A stretch of 64,000 nucleotides of DNA from an archaeon (GCA_018657525.1 JABHWZ010000004.1:26245-90244), one strand, 5' to 3'; positions 9,300-19,369 are shown, counted from the first letter of the stretch. Notes: generated by a model from the letters alone, not told the origin. Program-made: numbers and translations.

Positions 9300-10280
9300 A
9301 TGACTGATTTAAAATTGGAAAATAATGATTTAGTTGAAAGATTACGTGATGGAGAATTAAACGTTGCCACAATTTCTTCTGCAATTGAAGGAGATTATGA
9401 AAGCGGGAAAGCTGTGGAAAGGCAATTCGCGGGACTTAGTATTGATGAACTAGAAGAATTGGGATTAGAAGTTATTGAATTTTTATCATTTATTACCCCC
9501 TTTATGGACGAATCTGAACCTCTTGAGAAAAGAGTGTTGGAATTAAAAGGGAAATCTTATTCACAACAATTGGAGCGAGCCAGATTAATTGCTTGGCAAG
9601 GTTTTGGATCAAAGGATTACAGCTCAATTAAGGGAGTTCAAGCATTATTGGAACAGCATAAAGATTGTGATTTACGGGAAGGGGAATTGAACGATTGTAA
9701 ATGTGTTAAGGAGATAAAAGCTAAGTTAGATTTATACAGTAGATTATTTAGGGGAGAGTTATCTTTGTTTTATACCAAAGGAATAGATATTTTTGAAACT
9801 GAAGAATATAAGTTAAGAATTCATCCAGGATCATGGGAAAATTTTGGTGGGGTTGAATTACATCTTTTTAGTCAAGGGAAATCAATAATGCAAGTGGGGG
9901 GTAAAATTCATAACTATGCTGAGATTCGTTCAATTCATGGGGGAAAAAAAGCAGGAGACGCTATTGCAGAGTTTAAAGAATCAACAGGAGTCCATCCAGC
10001 CAATTTGAATTTATTATTATTTTTAAAGTTAAGTCAACACCTAAGACATAAAAAATTAACTATCCGTGGAAGGACGAGTAGAGCATTTAATATGAAAAAT
10101 GTTGATAGTCCATTATATTTAATTCCCAGAAATTATTTTAGATTGAAAGCAAATCCAGAAAATGGATTATATGAATTTGAGGAGACTAAGAGAGATGCAC
10201 TATTAGAAAAATTTGCAAAAAATAATCCAATAATAGAGAATGCATTTGCTTCAATGGATTCATACCTTAGTGCTTTATAA
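9300..10280 (+). CDS. hypothetical protein (326 aa), possible partner of the upstream SMC-like gene
   Basis: long ORF 78 bp downstream on the same strand; acidic N-terminus; no recognisable domain. Confidence 0.5.
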   Translation: MTDLKLENNDLVERLRDGELNVATISSAIEGDYESGKAVERQFAGLSIDELEELGLEVIEFLSFITPFMDESEPLEKRVLELKGKSYSQQLERARLIAWQGFGSKDYSSIKGVQALLEQHKDCDLREGELNDCKCVKEIKAKLDLYSRLFRGELSLFYTKGIDIFETEEYKLRIHPGSWENFGGVELHLFSQGKSIMQVGGKIHNYAEIRSIHGGKKAGDAIAEFKESTGVHPANLNLLLFLKLSQHLRHKKLTIRGRTSRAFNMKNVDSPLYLIPRNYFRLKANPENGLYEFEETKRDALLEKFAKNNPIIENAFASMDSYLSAL

Positions 10281-10300
10281 GTTTGAAGATTTGAAAGTTA

Positions 10301-10798
10301 TTAATAACAATCATCTGGCATTTCCAATTCCCAACTTTCCCAATCCAACCGTGGATACGCATTGTTATACGTTCTATTTTCAAAAGACCTTTCCATTCCA
10401 AATCCATAAAAGCTCCCATAAAAATCACGATAATCAATTAATTTTACTTCTTCAACAGGAAATAATTGCATTTCATCTCCAAAATCATCTTCTAATCTTG
10501 ATTCAAATTCCCACCCCTCACTTTGATACGGAACCACTTTAAAGGTAAATGGAGAATTAGCAATATACCTTGCCAAAAGTCTGTGGTTCCCTCCATCTTT
10601 AAATTTGTCCCCCTCTTCTTCAATTTCTATGGAATAGCTTGGCATATACACTTTTGGTTCTATTTCTATAAGGGTGGGCATAGAAATTTCATCTCCAGCT
10701 TCAATCCCCCTAACTAAAGCATCAACTAAAACAATGTGACAATTTCTTTCCCAACAAAATATTTTATCTTTATCCCAATCAAAAAATCTGTGTTCCAT
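10301..10798 (-). CDS. hypothetical acidic protein (165 aa)
   Basis: ORF with Trp/acidic-rich composition; no known motif. Confidence 0.45.
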   Translation of the reverse strand: MEHRFFDWDKDKIFCWERNCHIVLVDALVRGIEAGDEISMPTLIEIEPKVYMPSYSIEIEEEGDKFKDGGNHRLLARYIANSPFTFKVVPYQSEGWEFESRLEDDFGDEMQLFPVEEVKLIDYRDFYGSFYGFGMERSFENRTYNNAYPRLDWESWELEMPDDCY

Positions 10799-10865
10799 TT
10801 TCGCCTAGGCCTTCGGCTAGGTTATAAAAAAATAAAATAAAAAAATTAAAAAAAATTAATTAGAT

Positions 10866-12110
10866 TTAGTAGTAACTTTCACCAAACTCTTCAGTCTGGG
10901 AAGGTTTCTTACCAAGTAAAACAATTAATACTACTAATAAAACTAGGAATACAATTCCTAAAATTACTGTTAATACTACAACTGGGTTGCTTGCTACTGA
11001 TTTACCTTCTACGTTCATGCTTAGAGGAACTGTACTTACAAGTTCGTCTCCGGAAAACACACTTACATCGAAAGCGTATGATCCTTCAGCATTTGCTACA
11101 GCACTAACCTTAACTATCTTGCTTGATCCGGCTGGAACAGCAACAACAGCAGATTCAGTACTAGAGGCAACGTCCGCAGAATTTTCTGTAACAACTCTGT
11201 ATACTTTTAATTTGTCAGTTGGGTTAACAACTAATAAATCATATACAGCTTCTTCTCCAGCTGCAATTGTTTTGCTTGCACTTGTCACAATAACGCTATT
11301 TGAAAAGTCGTTTTTAACAACAATTTGTTTAACAGCAACTGTTTCAGAATCTTCATTAGATACTGTAACCTCAACTGTATAAACACCTGCTTCAGCAGAA
11401 TAAGGAACATTCAAGTTGATTACTCCACTTGTACTGTCCTCATCATCGTCATCACAATTACTATCACAATCTTCCATAGCTACTAAGTCACCGAAATAAG
11501 CTGTCTTTTCGACACCTAATTCAACGATTCTAGCAGTTACATAAAGATCATCTAAGTCATTGTATCCTCTGTTTTTCAATACAACTGTTACCGGTAATTT
11601 ATCCCCAGCTTCAACTGTTTGACTAACAGTGATTGACTTAACTTCTGCATTGTATGAAGGTCTTTGAACCATTAAAGTAATTTCTGCTAATTCTGAATTG
11701 TACTCTTTACCATCTATTTCAATAGCTAAAGTTAACTCATCACTAACATCATCTTTAAGTTCATAGGGTACTGAAAGAACCAAAATTTTTGCGTATCTTG
11801 AACCATTTTCAATATCAAATGGAGCAGTGATAGCATCAACTTCGACTTTTTCACCTTCAAGTTCTGCTTCAATAGTAACATCTGTGTCATCATTAGTGGC
11901 AGTAAATTCTACTCGTACAAGAATTTTTTCGCCAGCAATAACTGCCACATCGTTCGCAACTCTCATACCATTAACTTCAACCTTTGCGGAATCTGTGATT
12001 CCAGGGGTTGCAGCAACAGCACTAACAGTAGCCATTAAAACCAGAACACTTGTGATTGCAACAAGAGAAACCAAAAGTTTCTTTGCATTCATTTTTGCTT
12101 TTTGTCTCAT
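10866..12110 (-). CDS. secreted cell-surface (S-layer-like) protein with N-terminal signal peptide and C-terminal transmembrane anchor
   Basis: N-terminal hydrophobic signal (LLVSLVAITSVLVLMATVSAVAA); Thr/Val/Ser-rich beta-rich body; acidic stretch DCDSNCDDDDED; C-terminal TM VVLTVILGIVFLVLLVVLIVLLGKK followed by a short tail; GC higher than surroundings, consistent with high expression. Confidence 0.6.
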   Translation of the reverse strand: MRQKAKMNAKKLLVSLVAITSVLVLMATVSAVAATPGITDSAKVEVNGMRVANDVAVIAGEKILVRVEFTATNDDTDVTIEAELEGEKVEVDAITAPFDIENGSRYAKILVLSVPYELKDDVSDELTLAIEIDGKEYNSELAEITLMVQRPSYNAEVKSITVSQTVEAGDKLPVTVVLKNRGYNDLDDLYVTARIVELGVEKTAYFGDLVAMEDCDSNCDDDDEDSTSGVINLNVPYSAEAGVYTVEVTVSNEDSETVAVKQIVVKNDFSNSVIVTSASKTIAAGEEAVYDLLVVNPTDKLKVYRVVTENSADVASSTESAVVAVPAGSSKIVKVSAVANAEGSYAFDVSVFSGDELVSTVPLSMNVEGKSVASNPVVVLTVILGIVFLVLLVVLIVLLGKKPSQTEEFGESYY

Positions 12111-12242
12111 ATTTAATTACACAGGATCCTTTGTTTCCTGTAGAAATTGAGGTCCAATTTTGTTTATAAACTTTATGGTGATAACATAAATTTGTCATTT
12201 TTTAGATACTTATTGTAAGTAACAACCAGTAAATTAAATTAC

Positions 12243-13022
12243 TCACAATAATTTTGTAGAATAAATTTCCAATCCAACACTGCTATCAGCGACGGGATTC
12301 GGTGATTCATTGATAATAGTTACACTTTTATTTTTAGGCATTGAATCCAGTAATTCTTTCCATTCTTTCTTAGTCGTTAATCTATGATGCTTTTCTCCTT
12401 TTTCTCCGTACACAATTCCCGAAAAATGGCAATGCCATTTTTTTTGTGGAAACAATCTTTTAATTTTTTGAATATCCACTTTTTTCTCCCTTGCAAGGAT
12501 ATGCGCAAAGTCCAAACAAAACCCGCACTGAGTGTCCTTCACAAGCTGTGCTACTTCTTCAGCGCTCCCAAAAACATTAATCTTTCCTATAGTTTCAACA
12601 CAAATTTGCGGGGTATATTTTTTTTCTTTACGAATTTTTTGCAACTCCAAAATTTGCTTTTTTATATTTTCATAAGCTATTTCTTTTTCCATTCCAGAAT
12701 AAAAACCAGCATGAATTATCACTTCTTTCGCTTTTAACCAAGTCCCAATTTCCAAACTTTTCAAAACTCGCTTTTTGCTCGCTTCAATTTTCGCCTTTTC
12801 TTTAGAATTCAAATTAATCCAATACGGCGCGTGAATACTCAAATCAATTCCAAACTTTTTCGCGCTTTTGCCGATCCGTACAGCATCTTCTTTTTTCTTT
12901 AGGTAAGCCCCATAAGTGAAAGCAAATGTCGCCGCTTTAAAACCCAATTTAGAATATTCTTCAAGCCGAGCCTCCACATTCTTGACAGAACCTAAACCAG
13001 CAGGACCAAATTTAATTACCAT
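12243..13022 (-). CDS. nfo: endonuclease IV (AP endonuclease, xylose-isomerase-like TIM barrel)
   Basis: motifs IHAPYWINLNS (Endo IV HAPYLINL), HAGF and CLDFAHI; length 259 aa. Confidence 0.75.
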   Translation of the reverse strand: MVIKFGPAGLGSVKNVEARLEEYSKLGFKAATFAFTYGAYLKKKEDAVRIGKSAKKFGIDLSIHAPYWINLNSKEKAKIEASKKRVLKSLEIGTWLKAKEVIIHAGFYSGMEKEIAYENIKKQILELQKIRKEKKYTPQICVETIGKINVFGSAEEVAQLVKDTQCGFCLDFAHILAREKKVDIQKIKRLFPQKKWHCHFSGIVYGEKGEKHHRLTTKKEWKELLDSMPKNKSVTIINESPNPVADSSVGLEIYSTKLL

Positions 13023-13112
13023 AAAATAACTTAGAAAAAGAGATATTTAATTTTATTGATTGAAAAATTAATGAGAACTAAACCTATCTAATCTTCCCTC
13101 AAGAAAAAAGCC

Positions 13113-13658
13113 CTAGCTCTTCCAGGTTTCTAAAGAATTCCCACACCTATATCCAGAACAAGTCGAATTAACTAATTCCTGTAATTTTTCTAAACCAATG
13201 TCTGTCCGTAATATTCTAGTAAATAAATCCTTATCCAATTGCAAATTTCCGCTATTATAATACCTTGCTCTTTCTGTTGCTTGCAAATAAATTCCCTTTT
13301 TTTGAGGATTTACTAATAAATCATATTGATTCGGGACAATAATTTGTGATTGTTCTCCAACTCTAAATTTCCCAAACCATACACTTTTATTAAATACTTC
13401 CTCAATTACATTCTTTAAATCATCAACTTCTATTGTTTCATCCCCTTGTAACATCTCCAATCCATTACAACAGACAATAAAATAAACAGAATCTTTAGAA
13501 TTACTATTAGTCACTTGACCTTTAAGTACCTTTACTAGAGCTTCTGAATCAACTGTCTCTTGATCAGAGATATCAAAATAATTTCTTTCCCTATATCTTT
13601 TTCTCCACGTTTTAAACATAAAATTTGGGATGCTCATTATTTTATAAATCTTCCCCAT
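13113..13658 (-). CDS. hypothetical protein (181 aa)
   Basis: ORF; no motif recognised. Confidence 0.45.
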   Translation of the reverse strand: MGKIYKIMSIPNFMFKTWRKRYRERNYFDISDQETVDSEALVKVLKGQVTNSNSKDSVYFIVCCNGLEMLQGDETIEVDDLKNVIEEVFNKSVWFGKFRVGEQSQIIVPNQYDLLVNPQKKGIYLQATERARYYNSGNLQLDKDLFTRILRTDIGLEKLQELVNSTCSGYRCGNSLETWKS

Positions 13659-13721
13659 TCAATAAATCTTTCTCCCAATAAAAATACAAATCCTTTTAAT
13701 AAACAAAGTTAATTTTTATTT

Positions 13722-14006
13722 ATGGGATATAGAAAAGGTTACCCAGTAATAATGGGCGTCGGAGATGCAGAAAGATTTGAAATTAATTTAAAAGATTTTG
13801 ACTATTTAGGGGAATACAACACAGAAAGAGCTTTCGCGTTTACATTTGATGGATTAGATAAAAAATTAATGAGTCAAGTCATGGATGGTCTGGAAGAAAA
13901 ACAAGCAGATTTAGCAGTAATCAACGAGCAGGATAATTCTAGTTTTCTATTAATTTTCCCAGCAAGAATTTGGCATTATAAAATGTATAGATATTCAACA
14001 GATTAA
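13722..14006 (+). CDS. small hypothetical protein (94 aa)
   Basis: ORF in an intergenic position with a plausible start; no homology recognised. Confidence 0.35.
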   Translation: MGYRKGYPVIMGVGDAERFEINLKDFDYLGEYNTERAFAFTFDGLDKKLMSQVMDGLEEKQADLAVINEQDNSSFLLIFPARIWHYKMYRYSTD

Positions 14007-14008
14007 AA

Positions 14009-14392
14009 TTATTCGCTAACCTCTTCCCGAATTTCTCTTGCCACTTTTTCAATCCCTCTTAACTTCATACAATATTCCTCTTTTGGAATTTCAATATTGT
14101 TCCTCAATCCCTGTATCTCTCGCCCCAACTTTTCTAAATCGCTTTCTCTTTTCTCTCTTTTCAAATCCCTTCTATAAGCTCCATCCACAAAATCTGCTTC
14201 TGCTTTAAACTCTTCAATAGCTTTGTCCTCATTTCCAGGTTTAGTCAAAAAAAGAAAAGCATAATCTGGATACCCTTCTTCACTCAATTCGTAGCCCAAA
14301 CCTTTACCAAATGAACATGCAAAAACCATCTGCTGAGCTTCAAGAAATCTAACTAAAATTTGCCCCTCTGCATATTCCGGCTTATATTCCAT
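14009..14392 (-). CDS. hypothetical protein (127 aa)
   Basis: ORF; charged C-terminal half. Confidence 0.4.
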   Translation of the reverse strand: MEYKPEYAEGQILVRFLEAQQMVFACSFGKGLGYELSEEGYPDYAFLFLTKPGNEDKAIEEFKAEADFVDGAYRRDLKREKRESDLEKLGREIQGLRNNIEIPKEEYCMKLRGIEKVAREIREEVSE

Positions 14393-14426
14393 AAAATAAT
14401 TGAAGACTTAAACTATTTAATTCTTT

Positions 14427-14867
14427 CTAAATAATTCCCTTCAATTCATTTTCTAAATTATTAACAATCTGCGAGTGCGTGTTCTTAATCATAATTTCTT
14501 GAATGTCTTCTTTTAATCTTCCGTGGCACATAGTTAAATCTGATTCGGGTAATTCAATGCTCCCAAGATTCAAATAACAATCCATTGATTTCCCCTCGAG
14601 AATCTGTCTGTCAAGTCGTCCTTCTTTTATCTGATTAATTGTAACTTCAATAATGCACTTGCCCCCTTCCTTTTCTTTTATTCTATAAAACCACGTCGTT
14701 GAATCAGTATCATAAACAAACTTTGTACGAACACATTTCATCTGATGAGATTTAAAACACGCCAAGTTATCACATCTATAATGAAAAAATATTGTAAAAT
14801 AAATCGAGGCTATCAAAATAATAAAAGCAATTACAATTACAAACATCGTCACCTTTCCTTTTTCCAT
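14427..14867 (-). CDS. membrane-anchored hypothetical protein (N-terminal TM)
   Basis: N-terminal hydrophobic helix VIVIAFIILIASIYFTIFF followed by a Cys-containing domain. Confidence 0.45.
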   Translation of the reverse strand: MEKGKVTMFVIVIAFIILIASIYFTIFFHYRCDNLACFKSHQMKCVRTKFVYDTDSTTWFYRIKEKEGGKCIIEVTINQIKEGRLDRQILEGKSMDCYLNLGSIELPESDLTMCHGRLKEDIQEIMIKNTHSQIVNNLENELKGII

Positions 14868-14908
14868 ATAATAAAATAAATAAGATATTATTTAAAGGTT
14901 TTTGAAAA

Positions 14909-15901
14909 TTATTTATAATCTTCAAGTTCAACATTTTCATAACTGACTTCTTTACCTCGCACAGTTAAGATTCCAGTTTGACCAGAACTTAAACAACCTG
15001 AATTCCAGAATAATTCATCAGTGTATTTTCCTTCTTCTACAACTTCTCCATTAGCATTAGTCGCTCTGTGACCTGTTCCGTGGAAATGCCCACTTATCGC
15101 CTTTTTAATTCCTAATTCTTTATATAATTTAGCCAATCCTTCATTTCCTCTGTTCCCTGTTTTTACTTCAACCGGAACTCCAGCTGCTTTGTATCTTTCC
15201 ACATGGGGCAAGGGAATAACTGTTCCTTTAGCTAAATGATTTTCTTCATCCAAAAAATCTTCAGTTACTTCTCCGAATTTAGTAACATCAACGCAATTTT
15301 CAATTCCTTTAAACTTTCTAGGAACATGACAAAATACAATTGTTTTATCTGGATTTGTAACTAATCTTTTTAAATCATTAATATTTGTATAATTTATTCC
15401 TTTGACTTGTTTACCCTCTTTCAGGGCCACTACATATTCTTCTAATTTTCCAAAAGGAGTAATTCCTTCTTGAGACATTAAATAATTCCCACTTGGCATT
15501 CTTGCGTCGTCTCCCAATTTATATGATCCAGTGCTAGGTCCAAAATCTGCTCCAGGTAAAAATACTAAATCATGTCCATCTGCTTCCACTTTCTGAGGTT
15601 TATTCACATTAATTAAATTATCACATTCTCCTCCTAATTTTTCCATTACTGACTCAAATGCTAACATCATATCATGACCTGCTGGCTGGACATACGCTTC
15701 TAAGCCACTTTTACCAACTCTCTCTAGAACTTCTGCAATATTTCTTTGACTTTCATCTAAACTCTTTCCAACTTCTGCTAAATCACCATTTAAAATAATC
15801 TTCTCAATTCCCTTCTCTTTAAAAGCTCTAAGAGACCTCTCCAGATTTTCTAAACTACCATGAATATCTGAAATAACCCCGTATTGCACTTCTTTTATCA
15901 T
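14909..15901 (-). CDS. calcineurin-like metallophosphoesterase
   Basis: motifs VISDIHGS (D-x-H), LNGDLAE (GD), and GHFHGTGHR (GH-x-H) in the correct order. Confidence 0.7.
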   Translation of the reverse strand: MIKEVQYGVISDIHGSLENLERSLRAFKEKGIEKIILNGDLAEVGKSLDESQRNIAEVLERVGKSGLEAYVQPAGHDMMLAFESVMEKLGGECDNLINVNKPQKVEADGHDLVFLPGADFGPSTGSYKLGDDARMPSGNYLMSQEGITPFGKLEEYVVALKEGKQVKGINYTNINDLKRLVTNPDKTIVFCHVPRKFKGIENCVDVTKFGEVTEDFLDEENHLAKGTVIPLPHVERYKAAGVPVEVKTGNRGNEGLAKLYKELGIKKAISGHFHGTGHRATNANGEVVEEGKYTDELFWNSGCLSSGQTGILTVRGKEVSYENVELEDYK

Positions 15902-16028
15902 AGTATATATTAGCCTCTTTTCTTTATAAACCTTTGCATAATGTTACCACTAAAAAGTTAATTAAATAATAAAAAAGACGGAAAATAAAAAAAAATAAAA
16001 AAGTGTGCCTTACGGTGCACTAATGAGT

Positions 16029-17165
16029 CTAAAGACTTAACAATTGAATTTTCGTATCTGTTGTAGCGAAATTCTTTGCCACAATAACACTGCATTTAGC
16101 ATCTTCTGCAGATTTGATAATTGGTACTGTAACAGTTCCATCAATAATTATCACTGACGGAGTTTTGTTTATTCTTTTAAGAGTTCCATTTAAACTCTTT
16201 ACTGAAACAGATTTAATCTTCTCTAAATCTGAATCAAGAATTACCGCATTATCACTACCCTGGTTTTTATCTGAAAGTTCTTTTAGCTTTTTTTTATCTG
16301 CTTCTTTAAGCTCAAAGTTTTCAGACTTTGCCTTAGGTTTCGGAAGTTTGTTCTGTCTAAAAAAATCTTCAACTGAGGTTTTTTTCCTCAAGTTCATAAG
16401 AATTTCTTTTCCAGTTAATTCTTCCACTTCTTTTCCATCTGGGGCCGAAGCTATGTAATCAATTTCAGCATTGTCAACAACATTTTGAGAAATTAACTTT
16501 CCTCCTCTGTCACCATCAACAAACAAAGTCACTTTTTTGTGCTTTGTTAATTCTTGGACACTTTTTGGAAGCTTTGTACCATTCATAGCTATGCAATTTT
16601 TGACACCTGCTCTTAACAAGTTAATTACATCTGCTCTTCCTTCTACAATAATAATTTCTTCTCCAGAGAGGTCACCACAGGGTAACTTTTCATCTCCATG
16701 TTCTTGGACATTCGAAGTCTTTGTTGATTCTTTGATTTCATTTGAAATTTCCCTTGAATCTGTTTCATCTGAAAGTTGTTGCATCAATTTTTTTGCCCTT
16801 TCAATGATATAGTCCCTTTTGCTCCCTCGAACATCTTCGATTTGCCCAATTTCTATCTGAGCATCGCAAGGACCAACTCTCTCAATTGTTTCAATGGCTG
16901 CTGCTATTAATGTTGTTTCAGATTGATCAAGTGCAGTTGGAATCTGAATTTTGCCCATAGTCTTTTTTTCATTTCTTTCTAATTGGACTTCAATTCTACC
17001 GATTTTTCCTTCTTTCTGCAGTTCTCTCAAATCTAACTCAGCACCAAGCAAACCTTCTGTTTGCCCAAAAAGAGCACCGATTACATCTGGTTTTTCTAAA
17101 GCACCTTCTGCAACTAAATTCGCATGTACCATATATTTTATTGATACCGGACTTACTTTTGCCAT
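16029..17165 (-). CDS. dnaG: archaeal DnaG-type primase (Toprim; exosome-associated)
   Basis: N-terminus MVHANLVAEGALEKPDVIGALFGQTEGLLGAELDLRELQKEGKIGRIEV matches the archaeal DnaG signature almost residue-for-residue; Toprim EGRADVINL / VDGDRGG. Confidence 0.85.
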   Translation of the reverse strand: MAKVSPVSIKYMVHANLVAEGALEKPDVIGALFGQTEGLLGAELDLRELQKEGKIGRIEVQLERNEKKTMGKIQIPTALDQSETTLIAAAIETIERVGPCDAQIEIGQIEDVRGSKRDYIIERAKKLMQQLSDETDSREISNEIKESTKTSNVQEHGDEKLPCGDLSGEEIIIVEGRADVINLLRAGVKNCIAMNGTKLPKSVQELTKHKKVTLFVDGDRGGKLISQNVVDNAEIDYIASAPDGKEVEELTGKEILMNLRKKTSVEDFFRQNKLPKPKAKSENFELKEADKKKLKELSDKNQGSDNAVILDSDLEKIKSVSVKSLNGTLKRINKTPSVIIIDGTVTVPIIKSAEDAKCSVIVAKNFATTDTKIQLLSL

Positions 17166-17357
17166 ATTATTTTATTTTCTCCATTTAATTTATTTGAAAT
17201 CTAGGATTTCATCGGAACTTCGTTCCTTTAGAAAATATAGAACTAATTTCTTATTACTGAAATTATACTGAAAATGTGAATGTTAATTGAATAATCTAAT
17301 AATCTTATATCTTCTAATACTGATTAATATAAACAAGACTATATAAATTTTACTGAT

Positions 17358-17771
17358 TTAGCTCCCAAATAACCTACTTTCCCTAAAATGGTGGACTTTC
17401 TTTAAACAAGGAACCGCAATTTCTTGGTATTTTGGATGCATTCCTAGATAAGTCCGGTCAAGGGTTAAACTTGGCAAAATAACCAAGTTCTTCTCATCAA
17501 ACTCAAAATTTCCATTTAATCCAAATCTTATCTCTCTTTTTACCAATCTTCTTGGAATTTGGTCATTTGAAATAAAATAATATCCTCTCGTAAAGTTTTT
17601 TTTCTTAAGTTTTTCTATAATCCAATATTCTGGGTAAAAACAATAATCTCCTTCAATTATACCAAAATCTATTCTTCCTTCAGAATCAAATCTCTCGTCG
17701 CCAATAGTAAATAAATTAACTTTTTTATTTGGGATTATCAACTCTCTTAATTTGTTTTCTCGTTTTTTCAT
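17358..17771 (-). CDS. hypothetical protein (137 aa)
   Basis: ORF only. Confidence 0.4.
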   Translation of the reverse strand: MKKRENKLRELIIPNKKVNLFTIGDERFDSEGRIDFGIIEGDYCFYPEYWIIEKLKKKNFTRGYYFISNDQIPRRLVKREIRFGLNGNFEFDEKNLVILPSLTLDRTYLGMHPKYQEIAVPCLKKVHHFRESRLFGS

Positions 17772-17802
17772 TAAACTTAAAAAGAAATCTCTTTTATTAA
17801 TT

Positions 17803-18027
17803 TTAGTAATTATGAACCTTTACTTGGCCAGACCAGGTATCACCAATTCTACCAAATACAACATGATTTTTATCCCCTTGATCTTGAAGCATGCCCTGAG
17901 TTTCTACAACTTGTTCAATCGTTGCATAAGATTTAACTGGTAACGCTCCACCATTTAAAACAGTTCCAACTGCGTAAGGATGTTCGTCATCCAATCTTGG
18001 TTTTATTTGTCTGCTTATTAGTTTCAT
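17803..18027 (-). CDS. small hypothetical protein (74 aa) at the position normally held by rps10
   Basis: ORF immediately downstream of tuf; sequence does not resemble ribosomal protein S10; GC higher than background. Confidence 0.35.
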   Translation of the reverse strand: MKLISRQIKPRLDDEHPYAVGTVLNGGALPVKSYATIEQVVETQGMLQDQGDKNHVVFGRIGDTWSGQVKVHNY

Positions 18028-18085
18028 TTTGTTTACTCTAAGTTTTAATTAGTCCAAAAATCGCCTCTCTTTTTTATAAGAAAAT

Positions 18086-19369
18086 TTATTTCTTTTTAAC
18101 AATCTCAGTACACATACCAGCAGCTACAGTTTGACCAGCGTCTCTAACCGCGAATCTACTCATAAATGGATTGTCTTTTTGAGTTTCTAAACATAAATTA
18201 CCTTGAGGCTTAATTCTAACTTTTGCTGAATCTCCGTTCTTTAAGAAGTCAGGATTATCCTTAATTGATTCTCCAGTTCTTGGATCAATCTGTGCGATTA
18301 GTTCTATAAACTGGCAAGGCACTTGAGCAGTATGTATATGGAATACAGGGGTGTATCCTTTAGCTAATACTGTTGGGTGATTAATTACTGTGATTGTAGC
18401 AATGAACTCTTCAACAACTGGGCATGGTGTTGCCGCTTCGCAAATAACATCTCCTCTTGCAATATCTTTCTTACCAACTCCTCGAACATTAACTCCCACA
18501 TTGTCTCCTGCAATAGCTTCTGGCAATGTTTCGTGATGAGCTTCAATAGTCTTAATTTCTCCTTCAATTCCTTCACCAGTTCTACCTGGAAGAACTTTAA
18601 CTTTCATACCTTGCTTCATGATTCCTGTTTCAACTTTTCCTACTGGAACAGTTCCAATACCTGTGATATCATAAACATCTTGAACTGGCATTCTCATAGG
18701 TAAGTTTGAAGGTAATTCAGGGGCCGGGAAAATATCCATTTGTTCTTTTATTGTCGGGCCTTTATACCAAGCCATATTTTCTGATTTGTTAGCAATATTA
18801 TCTCCCATTAATCCCGAGCAAGCAACAAAAGTAGTTGTTTCTGGGTTGATTCCAACACCTTGTAATAATTTACCTACATCTTCTTTAACTTTATTGAATG
18901 ATTCTTCTTTGTATTCTACTGCGTCCATTTTATTAACAGCGATAGCAATATTTTTTACGCCCATTGTTCTTAATAACCATAAATGCTCTGTTGTTTGTGG
19001 CTGAACTCCACTCGGAGCTGCAATTACTAAAAAAGCAGCATCTGCTTGTGAAGCACCAGTAATCATGTTCTTTACAAAATCTCTGTGACCAGGTGCATCA
19101 ATAATTGTAACTTCAAATTTATCAGTCATTAATTTTTTATAAGATAAATCAATTGTAACTCCTCTCTCTCTTTCTTCTTTAATACTATCCATAATATAAG
19201 CGAATTCAAAACCTGCCTTACCATGCTTAGTAGCTTCTTCTTTTAGCTTTTTCATTTCTTGCTCAGAAACAGCTCCACCGTCAAACATCATTCTACCTAC
19301 GCAAGTCGATTTTCCTGCATCAACATGCCCAACGAATACAACATTCATGTTCGGTTTTTCTTTTGCCAT
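18086..19369 (-). CDS. tuf: translation elongation factor 1-alpha (aEF-1alpha)
   Basis: G1-G4 GTPase motifs GHVDAGKST, DAPGH and NKMD, with full-length similarity to archaeal EF-1alpha. Confidence 0.95.
   Translation of the reverse strand: MAKEKPNMNVVFVGHVDAGKSTCVGRMMFDGGAVSEQEMKKLKEEATKHGKAGFEFAYIMDSIKEERERGVTIDLSYKKLMTDKFEVTIIDAPGHRDFVKNMITGASQADAAFLVIAAPSGVQPQTTEHLWLLRTMGVKNIAIAVNKMDAVEYKEESFNKVKEDVGKLLQGVGINPETTTFVACSGLMGDNIANKSENMAWYKGPTIKEQMDIFPAPELPSNLPMRMPVQDVYDITGIGTVPVGKVETGIMKQGMKVKVLPGRTGEGIEGEIKTIEAHHETLPEAIAGDNVGVNVRGVGKKDIARGDVICEAATPCPVVEEFIATITVINHPTVLAKGYTPVFHIHTAQVPCQFIELIAQIDPRTGESIKDNPDFLKNGDSAKVRIKPQGNLCLETQKDNPFMSRFAVRDAGQTVAAGMCTEIVKKK

Noticed and set aside
10240-12737. 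Overlapping ORFs 10240-10542, 10523-10717, 10987-11382, 11827-12150, 12384-12737
   Set aside because: All are antisense to, or out of frame with, longer ORFs that have coherent features (surface protein, endonuclease IV); translations are low-complexity.
14909-15901. Possibility that the metallophosphoesterase is Mre11 partnering the zinc-hook SMC-like protein as a Rad50/Mre11 pair
   Set aside because: It is 5.7 kb away with unrelated genes between, is only 330 aa, and lacks the Mre11-specific motif order or capping domain as far as I can see; the SMC-like head motifs are SMC-type, not Rad50-type.
17803-18027. The small gene after tuf as ribosomal protein S10
   Set aside because: The position is right for rps10 but the 74-aa sequence has none of the S10 conserved segments; called hypothetical instead.
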